DNA of 64,000 nucleotides from contig CAVZTA010000011.1 of NCBI GenBank assembly GCA_963778025.1, forward strand, positions 80,452 to 144,451, in the 5' to 3' direction. The position numbers were made by a program, and so were the translations under genes. The stretch is from an uncultured Chloroflexia bacterium (lineage in GTDB: Bacteria; Chloroflexota; Limnocylindria; Limnocylindrales; CSP1-4). Positions within the stretch are counted from its first letter, which is position 1; the number at the start of each line of letters is the position of its first letter. The notes under the pieces are model-generated. The model saw only the letters and a list, made by a program, of their open reading frames with translations. It was not told the origin of the DNA and did not search any database. This document shows, one piece after another, positions 63,671 to 64,000 of this stretch.

Positions 63671-64000
63671 GATGCAAACGGTGGAACCGGTGGAACCGGT
63701 CGAGACGGAGGAGACGGCTAAGGCCGAGGTGGCCGAGGTGGCCGAGGCGGCCGCGCCCGCGCCTGCCGTCCCGCCGCGCCCAGACTGACGATGGCTTCGC
63801 CACGCTCGGTCTCGACGAGCGACTCCTCAAGACGGTCGCGGGCCTTGGCTATGAGGAGCCCACGCCGATCCAGCTGGCCGCCGTCCCGCCGCTGCTCGAG
63901 GGCCGCGACCTCCTCGCCGAGGCACCGACCGGCACCGGCAAGACGGCGGCGTTCGCGCTGCCGATGCTCCATCGCCTCGCCGGTGCGGTCGCGTCCGACC
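63671..64000 (+). pseudogene. DEAD-box RNA helicase, 5' part (runs off the window), one +1 frame switch at 63785
   Basis: ATG 63671 gives an acidic repeat N-terminus [38 protein letters not shown], then TGA. The next frame reads [56 protein letters not shown] (Q-motif and motif I). Removing T63785 joins the two pieces. Confidence 0.8.

Noticed and set aside
63671-63787. 38-codon ORF as an independent leader peptide upstream of the helicase
   Set aside because: The helicase frame has no start codon or SD of its own just upstream. Deleting one T at 63785 fuses the acidic repeat N-terminus to the Q-motif region, which is a common DEAD-box architecture.

Overview
Very GC-rich (about 70% by eye) bacterial chromosomal segment with Actinomycetota-like gene content: LCP, GT87/DUF2029, F420/PPOX-type enzyme, ECF sigma, TANNNT-type and leaderless promoters. 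I can support about 62 protein-coding loci and one tRNA (tRNA-Sec). I found no rRNA, CRISPR array, integrase or transposase. Main themes: (1) Mg2+ transport (mgtE, corA). (2) An SbcC/SbcD-like (YhaN/YhaO-type) ATPase-nuclease pair. (3) A selenium/molybdenum trait: selD; selC-selA-selB-mobA; a formate dehydrogenase catalytic subunit with an in-frame UGA plus SECIS hairpin; a NuoE-NuoF fusion; a separate NuoG-like Fe-S subunit; fdhD. (4) An ECF sigma/anti-sigma module with two TolB-like beta-propeller proteins. (5) Several MFS/DMT transporters and assorted redox and hydrolase genes. Non-genic structure worth a second look: three ~170-bp intergenic elements with terminal inverted repeats; a diverged ~285-bp direct repeat bracketing an orphan secreted-protein gene; a 32-nt ECF-type promoter present twice; twin palindromic operators; a MerR-type dyad. 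Seventeen genes are interrupted by 27 frame switches, 24 of them +1. I cannot tell assembly error from gene decay using sequence alone, so these genes are listed as pseudogenes in the as-given sequence. Most long track ORFs lying antisense to or overlapping these genes are GC-driven shadow ORFs. Family calls come from reading motifs by eye, with no searches run. Frameshift positions are approximate (+/-10 nt).
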